64,000 nt of DNA from Promethearchaeota archaeon (GTDB lineage Archaea > Asgardarchaeota > Lokiarchaeia > Sigyniarchaeales > SOKP01). Every line of letters starts with the position of its first letter. Positions within the stretch are counted from its first letter, which is position 1. Made by a program: the position numbers and the translations under genes. Shown piece by piece: positions 20,355 to 30,046 of this stretch. The notes under the pieces are model-generated. The model did no database searches. It saw only the letters and a program-made list of their open reading frames with translations, and was not told the DNA's origin. The stretch covers positions 124,637-188,636 of the forward strand of contig JAUVXW010000003.1 of NCBI GenBank assembly GCA_030603385.1. Direction: 5' to 3'.

Positions 20355-22648
20355 GAAGATCCCTCCGATTCTTTTTTTGAATATAGTTCTACTTGAACTA
20401 GGGCGCTATTCATGGGAAAAGCTCCTCCAGGAGAACGCGAATCTTTTGTCAGAACGTTCCCGCACCCTCCAACATCAACACCCTCTTCGTTTGGATTATA
20501 CCATGCTCCTTGATAGATCACTACTGCCCCAGGTATCACACGTTCTGTAACATTAGCAGGGATACGAACTCGTCCCCTATCGTTAAAAATGTCGACTAAA
20601 TCTCCGTGCTCAATCTTTCTTAATTCAGCATCTACGGGATTTATCCATACCATATGAGGTTCTACTTCCTCAAGCCATGGAATCATGTTTATACTTGAGT
20701 GAGTTCTTCTTTTATTATGGGATGTGAGTAGTTGCAAGGGATATTTTTTTGCTAAAGGAGCATCATAATGTTCTTCATGACTTAGATATTTAGGAATCGG
20801 TGGCATATTTGGGATATTTAATTCTGCAATATGTTCACAATATATCTCAATTTTACCCGATAATGTAGGGAAGGGATTATTCTCTGGATCCGCTATTTGT
20901 TCTTTAAAAGCAACGAATGTCTCATCGACTTTTACTTTGTAAAATCCATCTCTTTTCATTTCGTCATAACTTTTTATGTCTTTACGAGGGGATGTAAATA
21001 TTCGTAAGATTTGATCTTCTGATAAATTCAATAGACCTGGTTCAATACCTAATTTTTTAGATAATTCCTTGCATATCTCCAGATCCGATTTCGATTCATA
21101 TAAAGAATCAATCGCTTTATTTAAGTAAATGTAATAAGGTGAACCAAGCCAAGGTACTGCAATATCATTACGTTCCATAAAAGTATTAACTGGTAATAAG
21201 ATATCCGCAAATTTAGCTGTTGGTGTCATAAATTGTTCATGAACTACAATAAATTCAAGAGATTTTAAAGCTTTTACGCCTTTGTTAACATTGCTATATT
21301 GATTTAAACGATTTTCTGCTGCTATATAAGCCATTTTCAAATCCGCGGGATATCCTCCTTTTCGTCCCTGTAATATAGCATCATAATATTCATTAAAATG
21401 AATACGAGTACTTGCTGGATTAGTCCCTCCTCTTAATTTATGTAAAGCATCTATTCGAGGAGGCGCTCTAAAGTCAACAGGATTACCTCTTGGAGTTTGT
21501 TTCTTTTCGACTTCTTTTTTTTCTTCTTGTTTAATAGGTCCTGTCTTTTTTTTCCTTGTTGATGAAACTGTCTCCCGACTATAATATGCCCGCATGAAAC
21601 CAGAGGCATATCCACCATCAATACCGATATTTCCAGTAATAACACAAAGCACATTAGCAGCTCTAGAATATTGTTCTCCCAATGCAGTTCGAGCAGGACC
21701 CCATCCTGCCATAAGAGCTGCTGGTTTATTAAGAGCGTACTCTTTAGCTAGACTTATAATTGTTTCTGCTGGCACTTTAGTAATTTCTTCCGCCCATTGT
21801 GGTGTCTTTGGGATTCCATCTGCTTGTCCCATTATATAAGCCTTATATTTATCATACCCAACTGTATATTTATCAATGAAATTCTGATCTTGAAGGTTGC
21901 CAGTGATAATTACATATGCCATAGCTATTAACATAGCAGTATCAGTACCTGGTCGAATAGGTATCCACTGATCCGCTAAGACCGCTGCTGAATCAGTAAA
22001 AATTGGATCAATATTTATGATCTTGATACCTTTTTCTCTTCCTTTAGCTAACATTAAAGGTGTACCGGGGTCCCATATTGTATTAGCTGGATTCCAACCC
22101 CACATGATGATAAGTTTAGAGTTGAATAAATCCTCACGAGCATTTCCAGTCATCATGGTTCCATAGGTGGCCATAGACGCAAAAAGAGCGCCTTCATAGG
22201 AAGGTGCGCCCCACATTCGAGTATACCCTCCAAATTGATTAAGCATTAAACCTACAGGCACAACACCATGGAGCATACCCTGATTTCCGGAACCGGGAAC
22301 AAATAAAATAGAAGAATTTCCATATTTTTCCTTAATTTCTTTCATTTTATTTGCTACTATATCTAATGCCTCATCCCAAGATATTCTTTCAAATCTACCC
22401 TCACCTCGTTCTCCAATACGACGCATGGGATATTTTAACCTATCTGGATGATATACTTTTTGTCGATATGCCCTTCCACGTAAACAAGCTCGTAATTGGG
22501 GGTCTTCACCATTATCTGTTTCAAAACGTATTATCTTACCGTCTTTAACATGAGCTTTAAGAGTACAGCGACCTCCGCAATCATGACAACAACCAGTATT
22601 AATTATTTTAATATCGCTTTTTTCTATTTCGATATTATCTTTATTCAT
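20351..22648 (-). CDS. Molybdopterin oxidoreductase catalytic subunit (DmsA-like, no Tat signal)
   Basis: CCHDCGGRC...ACLRG Fe-S motif, RLKYPM, RISWDEA, PGTD, FPTLSGKIEIY, RTHS. Confidence 0.9.
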   Translation of the reverse strand: MNKDNIEIEKSDIKIINTGCCHDCGGRCTLKAHVKDGKIIRFETDNGEDPQLRACLRGRAYRQKVYHPDRLKYPMRRIGERGEGRFERISWDEALDIVANKMKEIKEKYGNSSILFVPGSGNQGMLHGVVPVGLMLNQFGGYTRMWGAPSYEGALFASMATYGTMMTGNAREDLFNSKLIIMWGWNPANTIWDPGTPLMLAKGREKGIKIINIDPIFTDSAAVLADQWIPIRPGTDTAMLIAMAYVIITGNLQDQNFIDKYTVGYDKYKAYIMGQADGIPKTPQWAEEITKVPAETIISLAKEYALNKPAALMAGWGPARTALGEQYSRAANVLCVITGNIGIDGGYASGFMRAYYSRETVSSTRKKKTGPIKQEEKKEVEKKQTPRGNPVDFRAPPRIDALHKLRGGTNPASTRIHFNEYYDAILQGRKGGYPADLKMAYIAAENRLNQYSNVNKGVKALKSLEFIVVHEQFMTPTAKFADILLPVNTFMERNDIAVPWLGSPYYIYLNKAIDSLYESKSDLEICKELSKKLGIEPGLLNLSEDQILRIFTSPRKDIKSYDEMKRDGFYKVKVDETFVAFKEQIADPENNPFPTLSGKIEIYCEHIAELNIPNMPPIPKYLSHEEHYDAPLAKKYPLQLLTSHNKRRTHSSINMIPWLEEVEPHMVWINPVDAELRKIEHGDLVDIFNDRGRVRIPANVTERVIPGAVVIYQGAWYNPNEEGVDVGGCGNVLTKDSRSPGGAFPMNSALVQVELYSKKESEGSS

Positions 22649-22733
22649 AATCTTAAATCATTCTCAAAAAATTATTAATTACATAAAAATTTGGTATTAT
22701 TTTAATTTTTATCGAGAAATTCTAAAATTAAGA

Positions 22734-24035
22734 TTAAGAACCTATTAGATAAATTAATCCTTCGGGAAGGTGTTCTCGCCAAGCAATATATTCATGTCCA
22801 CCAGGATATTCTTCATAATTATGTGTATATCCTTTATCTTGGAGCATATTACGAAATCGATGGACTGAAGGCATAGTTCGAGTTTCAAGGCTTCCAACAT
22901 TTACATAAAACTTTAATGGTAATTTTTCACTTCGTAAAAGTTGCTTAATTAGCCAATAATTTTCTTTTTCGTCTTCCTTGGTCCACCAGCGAACATAATC
23001 TTTTCCATAATAATTAAGTAATCGCTGGAAAAATATGTTTCCTGGTGACCATCCATAGAAACCTGATTGTGATAAAATTTTTCTAAAAGTTTCTGGATAT
23101 TTATATCCAATAAAAGCAGCTGCTAATGCACCAGAACTACTTCCCATTAGTACTGATTCATCGGGATCAGAGGAAATATGATAATTTTCTCTAGCCCATG
23201 ATACTAGTTCTTTGGCAATAAAATCTGCGAATGGAGGGTAGCAATCTAAATCTTTTCCTCTTTGGAAACCACTGTAATTATGAATAAAAACAGCCACTAA
23301 AGGTGGAATTTTATTTTTTGCGATTAAATTATCAAACATTATTGGGGGGTGTGTAAAGTCAAGAAATGCCTTTCCATCAAAAATCACTAAGAAATGATAC
23401 TTTTTTCCAGTCTTGGTAAAATTAGGAGGAGTATATATCCAAATCTTACGATTCATATTGAGTATTTTGCTATAAAAATCAATTTCTTCTACTTTTCCCG
23501 ATGGCACATTATCATCTTTTAATGTCCATATTCGTGGTTTAGTATCTGGCATTTCTAAAACTGAATATTCAATTTCAATGCGTTGACCTTCTCTCCGATA
23601 TCTTTGATAGAACTTTTTTGAGTTGAAAGGATCAGGGGAACAAGTATGCCAATTAAGAATTATATTATCATAAAACCTATTATACCTTAGATTGTTATTC
23701 TTACTTATTGTATATATCGTACGAGTTCCATTAAGCACTTTAAAAGTCTTATAGAAAATATTTGTATTTTCAATCCGTTCACATATATTATTCGTGAGGA
23801 CATCATCTTGATTTGCTAACGCAGTTATAATTACAGCATTCTTAGTTTCTTTTGCTCCGGGAACAACAAAGGTTACAAGCTTATAGTTCTCATCAACTTC
23901 GAACGGTTCAATTATAGGAGCACCTGTCCGTTCAACCTTTTTCCAAAATTCATCCAGTGCGGATTTTTTCCCTCCAATTAAATCCTGTTCGAGTTTAGAT
24001 ATAATAAGGCTTGTAAAGTGTTTTTTTCTTAACAT
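22734..24035 (-). CDS. Enterochelin-esterase-like (Fes) alpha/beta hydrolase
   Basis: FWKKV..GAPIIEP N-terminal domain; IYTPP, IFDG, GSSSG nucleophile elbow, SQSG, GGH. Confidence 0.82.
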   Translation of the reverse strand: MLRKKHFTSLIISKLEQDLIGGKKSALDEFWKKVERTGAPIIEPFEVDENYKLVTFVVPGAKETKNAVIITALANQDDVLTNNICERIENTNIFYKTFKVLNGTRTIYTISKNNNLRYNRFYDNIILNWHTCSPDPFNSKKFYQRYRREGQRIEIEYSVLEMPDTKPRIWTLKDDNVPSGKVEEIDFYSKILNMNRKIWIYTPPNFTKTGKKYHFLVIFDGKAFLDFTHPPIMFDNLIAKNKIPPLVAVFIHNYSGFQRGKDLDCYPPFADFIAKELVSWARENYHISSDPDESVLMGSSSGALAAAFIGYKYPETFRKILSQSGFYGWSPGNIFFQRLLNYYGKDYVRWWTKEDEKENYWLIKQLLRSEKLPLKFYVNVGSLETRTMPSVHRFRNMLQDKGYTHNYEEYPGGHEYIAWREHLPEGLIYLIGS

Positions 24036-24142
24036 GTTATTTTACTATATGAATTATCAAAACGAATACTTTAGTAATGTAATTACATTTCTTTAATTCA
24101 ATCGTAATGATAAACTTTTCTAATTATGAGGTTTGATTAATA

Positions 24143-26398
24143 TTGATACAAGAAGATTTAATTGACAAATTAGATAACGGGATATTATCCACATCAGATT
24201 TAAATGAATATTATGAAATCTATATTAAAATTGCTAATGAATCTGATTATATTCAAGAATTCTGCAAAGACTGGAACGTTATAATTTTTTTTAATACAGA
24301 AAGCGAAGCAGATCATTGGATTAAAGTCGAAAACAGCCTTTTTTCCTTTGGAATGGGTCAAATTGATAAACCTGATGTAACTTATAAAATTACTGCAAAT
24401 GAATTTTTAGGTATTTTATCATGGCAAAATGATTATATCTTCACACTTTTTAACGCTAGGTTGACAATTGAGGGTAATATTTCAGATTCGGATAAATTTA
24501 TTTGGATAGATTCAAAAATTCGGGGCAATATGTTAAGTATCATTAATAAAATCAAATCTAATCACGAAGTTAAGGATAAATATACTTTATCTTATGAAGA
24601 TTATCTTTTATTGCAACAAAGACTTCGGTTAAAACTCGAGAAACTGAGTAAATTCAGAGAAGAACCCTGGTATAGTGCTAGTCGAGAAAGCAAAGATTCC
24701 ATTGGACTTCGCATAGAACAACGAGCAAGGGAATATCCTGATAGAATGGTAATGTACTATGAAGAAGAAAAATACACTAATAAAGAATTTAATGAATGGA
24801 TAAACAAGTACGCAAATTATTTTTTGAATGAAGTAGGATTAAAGAAAGGTGATGTAGCTGTTGTTTTTCTTGAAAACCGATCAGAAATAATGTTTATTAT
24901 TATTGCGATGGCTAAAATCGGTGTTATATCTTCATTGATTAATACAAGGCAACGGGATCAAACCTTAATTCATTCTATAAATCATGCTCCAGGAAAAATT
25001 TTTATTATTGGAGAAGAGTTAATTGATCCTTTCTTAGAAATTCAATCAAGATTAAACCTATCACAAGATCAATTACAACACCTGTTTTTCGTTCCTGATA
25101 AAGGAAAAATAAACACACCAGAAGGATTTATTAATTTAGAGAACATAATTGCAGATTCTCCAATGATTAACCCTTCAACAACACCAAGGATACGGTTAAA
25201 ACTTCCTTATTCATACATATTTACTTCGGGAACAACTGGTTTGCCCAAAGCTGCAATAATCACCAATGCTCATACTATAGGATCTGCTTTCTACTGGGCA
25301 TACATTGTTATGGATATGACACCAGACGACATAACTTATATAACTACGCCAATCTTTCATTCAAACGCCATCAACATAGGTTTTGCATCAGTACTAGGTG
25401 GTGGTGGGGCAATGGTTATCAGAAGAAAGTTTTCAGCAAGTAATTTCCTAAAGGATGCACGAAAGTATGGCTGTACTGCTTTTAATTACGTTGGTGAGAT
25501 ATGCCGCTATTTGTATAACCAACCTCCTCGGGAAGATGATAAAGACCATCCTATAGTAAAATGTGCTGGAAATGGTATTAAACCAGAATTTTGGATGGAT
25601 TTTAAGAATAGGTTTGGGATCGAAAGAATTCATGAACAGTATGGCGCGACTGAAAGGTTTATCCCAAATTTTGCTAATATTTTTAATCTTGATAAAACTG
25701 TTGGAATTTCCTCATCACCCTATGCAATCGTTAAATATGATGTCGAGAATGATGAACCCAGGCGGGACAAAAATAATCATATGATTAAAGTAGAACCCGG
25801 AGAGATTGGTTTATTACTTGGACAGGTTGATCCAAAGTCGTTCTATATGTATAAAGATAAAAAAGCTACTGAGAAGAAAGTTTTTAGAGATGTTTTTTAT
25901 GATGGGGATGCGTGGGTAACTTCTGGAGATTTATTACGAGATATAGGATTTAGGCATGCGATGTTCGCAGATCGATTAGGAGATACTTATAGATGGAAAG
26001 GGGAAAATGTTTCAACAGAAGAAATGGAAATTATTATTAATACTTTCGATCAGATTGAATACTCATGTGCATACGGTGTTTTAATCCCCGGAACTGAAGG
26101 TCGTGCTGGGATGATTTCATTTATTAAGAAAGGAGATGAAGAATTTGATTTTGATAAGTTTTCAAAGTTCATCAACAATAAAATACCTGCCTATGCTATC
26201 CCTATTTTCATCCGGATTAAAAAAGAATTTGTGACCACAGCAACCGATAAGATTCAGAAAGTCCAGTTAAAGCAAGAAGGATATTCTATTAATAAAATTG
26301 AAGATCCTACCTATATTTTACTCCCAAGGGCTTCTAAGTATATTCCACTAACAAAAGAAATTTATGAAGGAGTAATAGCTGGTAAGTATAGATATTAA
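24143..26398 (+). CDS. FATP-type long-chain acyl-CoA synthetase with N-terminal SCP2-like domain
   Basis: YIFTSGTTGLPKAA, YVGEICRYL, DRLGDTYRWKGENVS; the first ~125 aa follow an SCP2 pattern (KPDVT...LTIEGN). Confidence 0.88.
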   Translation: MIQEDLIDKLDNGILSTSDLNEYYEIYIKIANESDYIQEFCKDWNVIIFFNTESEADHWIKVENSLFSFGMGQIDKPDVTYKITANEFLGILSWQNDYIFTLFNARLTIEGNISDSDKFIWIDSKIRGNMLSIINKIKSNHEVKDKYTLSYEDYLLLQQRLRLKLEKLSKFREEPWYSASRESKDSIGLRIEQRAREYPDRMVMYYEEEKYTNKEFNEWINKYANYFLNEVGLKKGDVAVVFLENRSEIMFIIIAMAKIGVISSLINTRQRDQTLIHSINHAPGKIFIIGEELIDPFLEIQSRLNLSQDQLQHLFFVPDKGKINTPEGFINLENIIADSPMINPSTTPRIRLKLPYSYIFTSGTTGLPKAAIITNAHTIGSAFYWAYIVMDMTPDDITYITTPIFHSNAINIGFASVLGGGGAMVIRRKFSASNFLKDARKYGCTAFNYVGEICRYLYNQPPREDDKDHPIVKCAGNGIKPEFWMDFKNRFGIERIHEQYGATERFIPNFANIFNLDKTVGISSSPYAIVKYDVENDEPRRDKNNHMIKVEPGEIGLLLGQVDPKSFYMYKDKKATEKKVFRDVFYDGDAWVTSGDLLRDIGFRHAMFADRLGDTYRWKGENVSTEEMEIIINTFDQIEYSCAYGVLIPGTEGRAGMISFIKKGDEEFDFDKFSKFINNKIPAYAIPIFIRIKKEFVTTATDKIQKVQLKQEGYSINKIEDPTYILLPRASKYIPLTKEIYEGVIAGKYRY

Positions 26399-26510
26399 AA
26401 TTTTTACATATTTGCAAGGAAAACACCGAATAATATAATTACGATTCATAATTTTAACTTAACAAAATTAGTCAAATTAATTTTTTACACAATAAAAAAT
26501 CTTTCTACAA

Positions 26511-28700
26511 ATGATTGCAACCATTCCAGATAAAATTCCTAAGCAAATTTTAAAAAATATTAAGAAGGAACAATATGATAAGGTAATTCTATTTACCCTC
26601 GCGGTTTTTGGCACTCATAAATTGAATGAATTTGTCAATGATCCTAAAAACTCTATTAATAACAGGATGGACGAAACCAAATTTATAGAGTGGACTGACC
26701 AATTAAAAAAGAAGCAATACATTAAAGAATATGAATTAGATGATGAAATATACTATAGAATTACATCTAAAGGGGGAGATGAAATATTAGATTACCTGAA
26801 AGATCTGAAGATTTTTAAAATCCTTGAATCCTCTTTCATGGAATACTTCGATCCAACTGAAAAGAAGGATATACCTTCAAAATCTATATCTAGCTATACT
26901 ATAAGCTATAAAGATTTCATTTTCGGCCTTTTTTCAATCTATTGGCGATTAAACTCCTTTCTAATACCAAAAGAATTTGAAAAAATCGGACCAGATATAA
27001 AGGGGTCACTTGGGATGGTGTTAGAGCGGAATGCTATAAAATTTGCTAATAATAAAGCTCTATTCTTTGAGGATGAAGTATATACACATAAAGAATTTAA
27101 TGAATGGGTCAATCGCTATGCAAATTTCTTCCTTTCTTTAGGAGTAGAAAAAGGCGAAGTCATCAATGTATTTTTGGAAAATAGACCCGATTTAATGTTT
27201 ATAATGGGGGCAATGTCTAAAATTGGCACAATTGGTTCTTTGATAAATACAAGGCAGAGAGCAACCACACTTCGGCATAGCTTGAAATTAAATCATGTAA
27301 GATTCTATTTTATTGGAGAAGAACTTATTGATGCGTTTGAGGAAGTTAAAGGAGATCTGGAATTGTCGGAAAAAGATAAACTTTATTTTCTAAAAGAAAA
27401 CGATGAATCTGTTATACCTGAGGGGTATATTGATATTCGGGAAGAAATACAGCATCAAAGCATTAAAAATCCCCCTACTACTAATCAAATGTTCGGAAGG
27501 GATACATATGTTTTTATTTTTACTTCAGGAACTACAGGACTTTCAAAAGCAGCTCACATACGTAATGTACATACTCTTGGAGCTATTTTAGGCTGGGGTA
27601 AAATGGCACTGAATATGCAACCTGATGACATTTACTACATATCTCTTCCAATGTATCATAGTAATTCTTTACATATTGCATGGTCAGCCACTCTTGCTAA
27701 TGGTTCTGCAGTAGCATTGGCACGAAGGTTTAGCGTATCTAATTTTTGGAAGGATATAAGAAAATTCAAAGCCACTTGTTTCAACTATATCGGTGAAATC
27801 TGCCGGTATCTCTATAATCAACCACCTAACCCGAATGACAGGAAGCATACGGTAACTAAAATTGCGGGAAATGGACTTAGACCTGAGATGTGGAAGGCAT
27901 TTAAAGAAAGATTCGGAATTAGAAAAGTTGCCGAACATTACGGGATGACTGAAATGCGGGGGATGTTCTGTAATTATCTAAACTTAGATTGTACAATCGG
28001 TATTTGTTTAAGCCCTCATACTATAGTGAAATATGATATTGTTAATGATGAGCCAATCCGAGGGAAGGATGGCTTTCTTCAAAGGGTTGAAGAAGGTGAA
28101 ATAGGGCTATTTCTTATGGAAATTCAAGATCCATATACGTTTGCCGGATATACAAATAAAGCTGCAAGTAAACAAAAAATACTTGAAAATGGATTTGAAG
28201 AAGGTGATATGTGGTTATATTCAGGTGATTTAATTAGATATATAGGGTATAATCATGCTCAATTCGTAGATCGTCTTGGGGATACATTTCGGTGGAAAGG
28301 GGAGAATGTGTCTACATCTGAAGTTGAAGATGTAATATCTTCTTTTGAAGAAGTTGACCATTCATCTGTTTATGGTGTTCAAATACTTGGTACTGAAGGA
28401 AGAGCCGGAATGGCTTCAATCTTCTCCAATAAGAAACCTGATGAGTTTGATTTTAACGGAGTTTTAAAAATATTAAATGAAAATCTACCCAAGTATGCTA
28501 TCCCCGTTTTCATCCGCTTTTTATCAGAATTATCTACAACAGCTACCTATAAAATCCAGAAATCCGATATGAAAGAGGTTGGCTTTGATATTAGAAAGAC
28601 AAATGATCCTATTTACATACTTTTACCTGATAATTCAGAATACAAACTTCTTACGGATGAGATTCATTTAAATATTATCAATGAAAAATATAGATTTTAA
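26511..28700 (+). CDS. FATP-type long-chain acyl-CoA synthetase with N-terminal winged-helix-like extension
   Basis: FIFTSGTTGLSKAA, YIGEICRYL, DRLGDTFRWKGENVS; N-terminal LKKKQYI...YYRITSKG. Confidence 0.88.
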   Translation: MIATIPDKIPKQILKNIKKEQYDKVILFTLAVFGTHKLNEFVNDPKNSINNRMDETKFIEWTDQLKKKQYIKEYELDDEIYYRITSKGGDEILDYLKDLKIFKILESSFMEYFDPTEKKDIPSKSISSYTISYKDFIFGLFSIYWRLNSFLIPKEFEKIGPDIKGSLGMVLERNAIKFANNKALFFEDEVYTHKEFNEWVNRYANFFLSLGVEKGEVINVFLENRPDLMFIMGAMSKIGTIGSLINTRQRATTLRHSLKLNHVRFYFIGEELIDAFEEVKGDLELSEKDKLYFLKENDESVIPEGYIDIREEIQHQSIKNPPTTNQMFGRDTYVFIFTSGTTGLSKAAHIRNVHTLGAILGWGKMALNMQPDDIYYISLPMYHSNSLHIAWSATLANGSAVALARRFSVSNFWKDIRKFKATCFNYIGEICRYLYNQPPNPNDRKHTVTKIAGNGLRPEMWKAFKERFGIRKVAEHYGMTEMRGMFCNYLNLDCTIGICLSPHTIVKYDIVNDEPIRGKDGFLQRVEEGEIGLFLMEIQDPYTFAGYTNKAASKQKILENGFEEGDMWLYSGDLIRYIGYNHAQFVDRLGDTFRWKGENVSTSEVEDVISSFEEVDHSSVYGVQILGTEGRAGMASIFSNKKPDEFDFNGVLKILNENLPKYAIPVFIRFLSELSTTATYKIQKSDMKEVGFDIRKTNDPIYILLPDNSEYKLLTDEIHLNIINEKYRF

Positions 28701-28818
28701 GGAGAATATTACAAACATTAACGAGAAATTTTTAATTTAATACTTATTTAAACTCTAATATTACTTATTGGATTAAATTACAGTAAAAAAATAAAACAAA
28801 AAACATAATGTGAAAAAA

Positions 28819-29937
28819 ATGTCTGAAGCTTTAGACAACAAATATAAAAAAACAGCTCAAACAATTGGTGCCACATTCGGTGTAAGCGACACTTTAGTAG
28901 CTATATTGAAGCATCTAATCGAAGAAAAATATTTAGATTTTATTTTAGCATTTAAAAGTAAAAAATCTCAAACGTTGGAGCAATTAAAAGAAAGTAGTGG
29001 TCTTTCTGAAGGAGAAATCTTGAAAAATGTTGAAGTGCTTGCTAAAATCGGATTAATTTTTAATCAACCAAATAGAACTGGTTTGATGGTATTTCGATTA
29101 ATGCCCTTCGTTAATGTTGGGATTTTTGAATATACTTACATGAAGGCATTAGAAGAAACTGAGGAAAATAAGGAAATAGCAAGATTATTTCAAATATTAA
29201 AGGAAGAAGGTAAACAACGTCTTCAAGCTAATTATGATGCGTTTCTTGGATACATTAAACAAATGCGTCCAATTGATAGAACTATACCATACACTGTTAA
29301 CAAAGAATCTGGAAAAGAGATCGAAGTTCTTGTTAATGAAGAAATGGAAGTACCTGAAGAAAAGGTATTACCGACTCAAACCGTAGAGGAAATAATTAAC
29401 AAATTTGATGAAATTGCTGTAGGTCATTGTTTTTGCCGACATCATAAAGATCTAATAGGAGAACCATGTAAACAAACAGATGTAAGAGAAAATTGTTTTA
29501 CATTTGGAAAGTCTGCTCGTTATACCACTGAACAAGGATTTGCAAGGATGGTATCAAAAGAAGAAGCTTTAAAGATTATAAAAAAAGCTGAAGAAGATGG
29601 ATTGGTACATAAAGCTTATCATCCTAATTTTGATATTACCAAAGACGAAACTAGTATATGCAACTGTTGTACATGTTGTTGCGGACAGGTAGGAGGACCT
29701 ACAGCTAATGCAACCAACTTTATCTCTCAAGTTGACCATGATAAGTGTGTCGGTTGTGGAACTTGCGTCGAAAATTGTCACACTGGTACAATGCAATTAA
29801 ATGATGAAGGAAAGGCTGAAAGAGTAGGTGAATACTGTATAGGTTGCGGTGTTTGTGCCGCTTTTTGTCCTGAAAATGCAATCTCTTTAGTAGAAAACAA
29901 AAGAGTTGTTAGAATAGCACCAGCTAGAGCAAATTAA
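28819..29937 (+). CDS. Uncharacterised 4Fe-4S dicluster protein (CxCR / ICNCC family)
   Basis: CFCRHH, GLVH, ICNCCTCCC, two ferredoxin motifs; paralog of 4074..5204. The ORF extends to a GTG at 28810. Confidence 0.85.
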   Translation: MSEALDNKYKKTAQTIGATFGVSDTLVAILKHLIEEKYLDFILAFKSKKSQTLEQLKESSGLSEGEILKNVEVLAKIGLIFNQPNRTGLMVFRLMPFVNVGIFEYTYMKALEETEENKEIARLFQILKEEGKQRLQANYDAFLGYIKQMRPIDRTIPYTVNKESGKEIEVLVNEEMEVPEEKVLPTQTVEEIINKFDEIAVGHCFCRHHKDLIGEPCKQTDVRENCFTFGKSARYTTEQGFARMVSKEEALKIIKKAEEDGLVHKAYHPNFDITKDETSICNCCTCCCGQVGGPTANATNFISQVDHDKCVGCGTCVENCHTGTMQLNDEGKAERVGEYCIGCGVCAAFCPENAISLVENKRVVRIAPARAN

Positions 29938-30046
29938 AAAAAAAATTACTCTTTATTTTTCAAATAAATCTTTTTATCGAAAAATTATTTTATCATAATT
30001 ATTATACTAAGATACTTTAAATTCAATTTTAAGAAGTTGAGATTTA

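Noticed and set aside
18167-30009. Shared 13-mer AATTATTATACTA upstream of 18139 and 30047
   Set aside because: Almost pure A/T and TATA-like; cannot be distinguished from a core promoter or from chance
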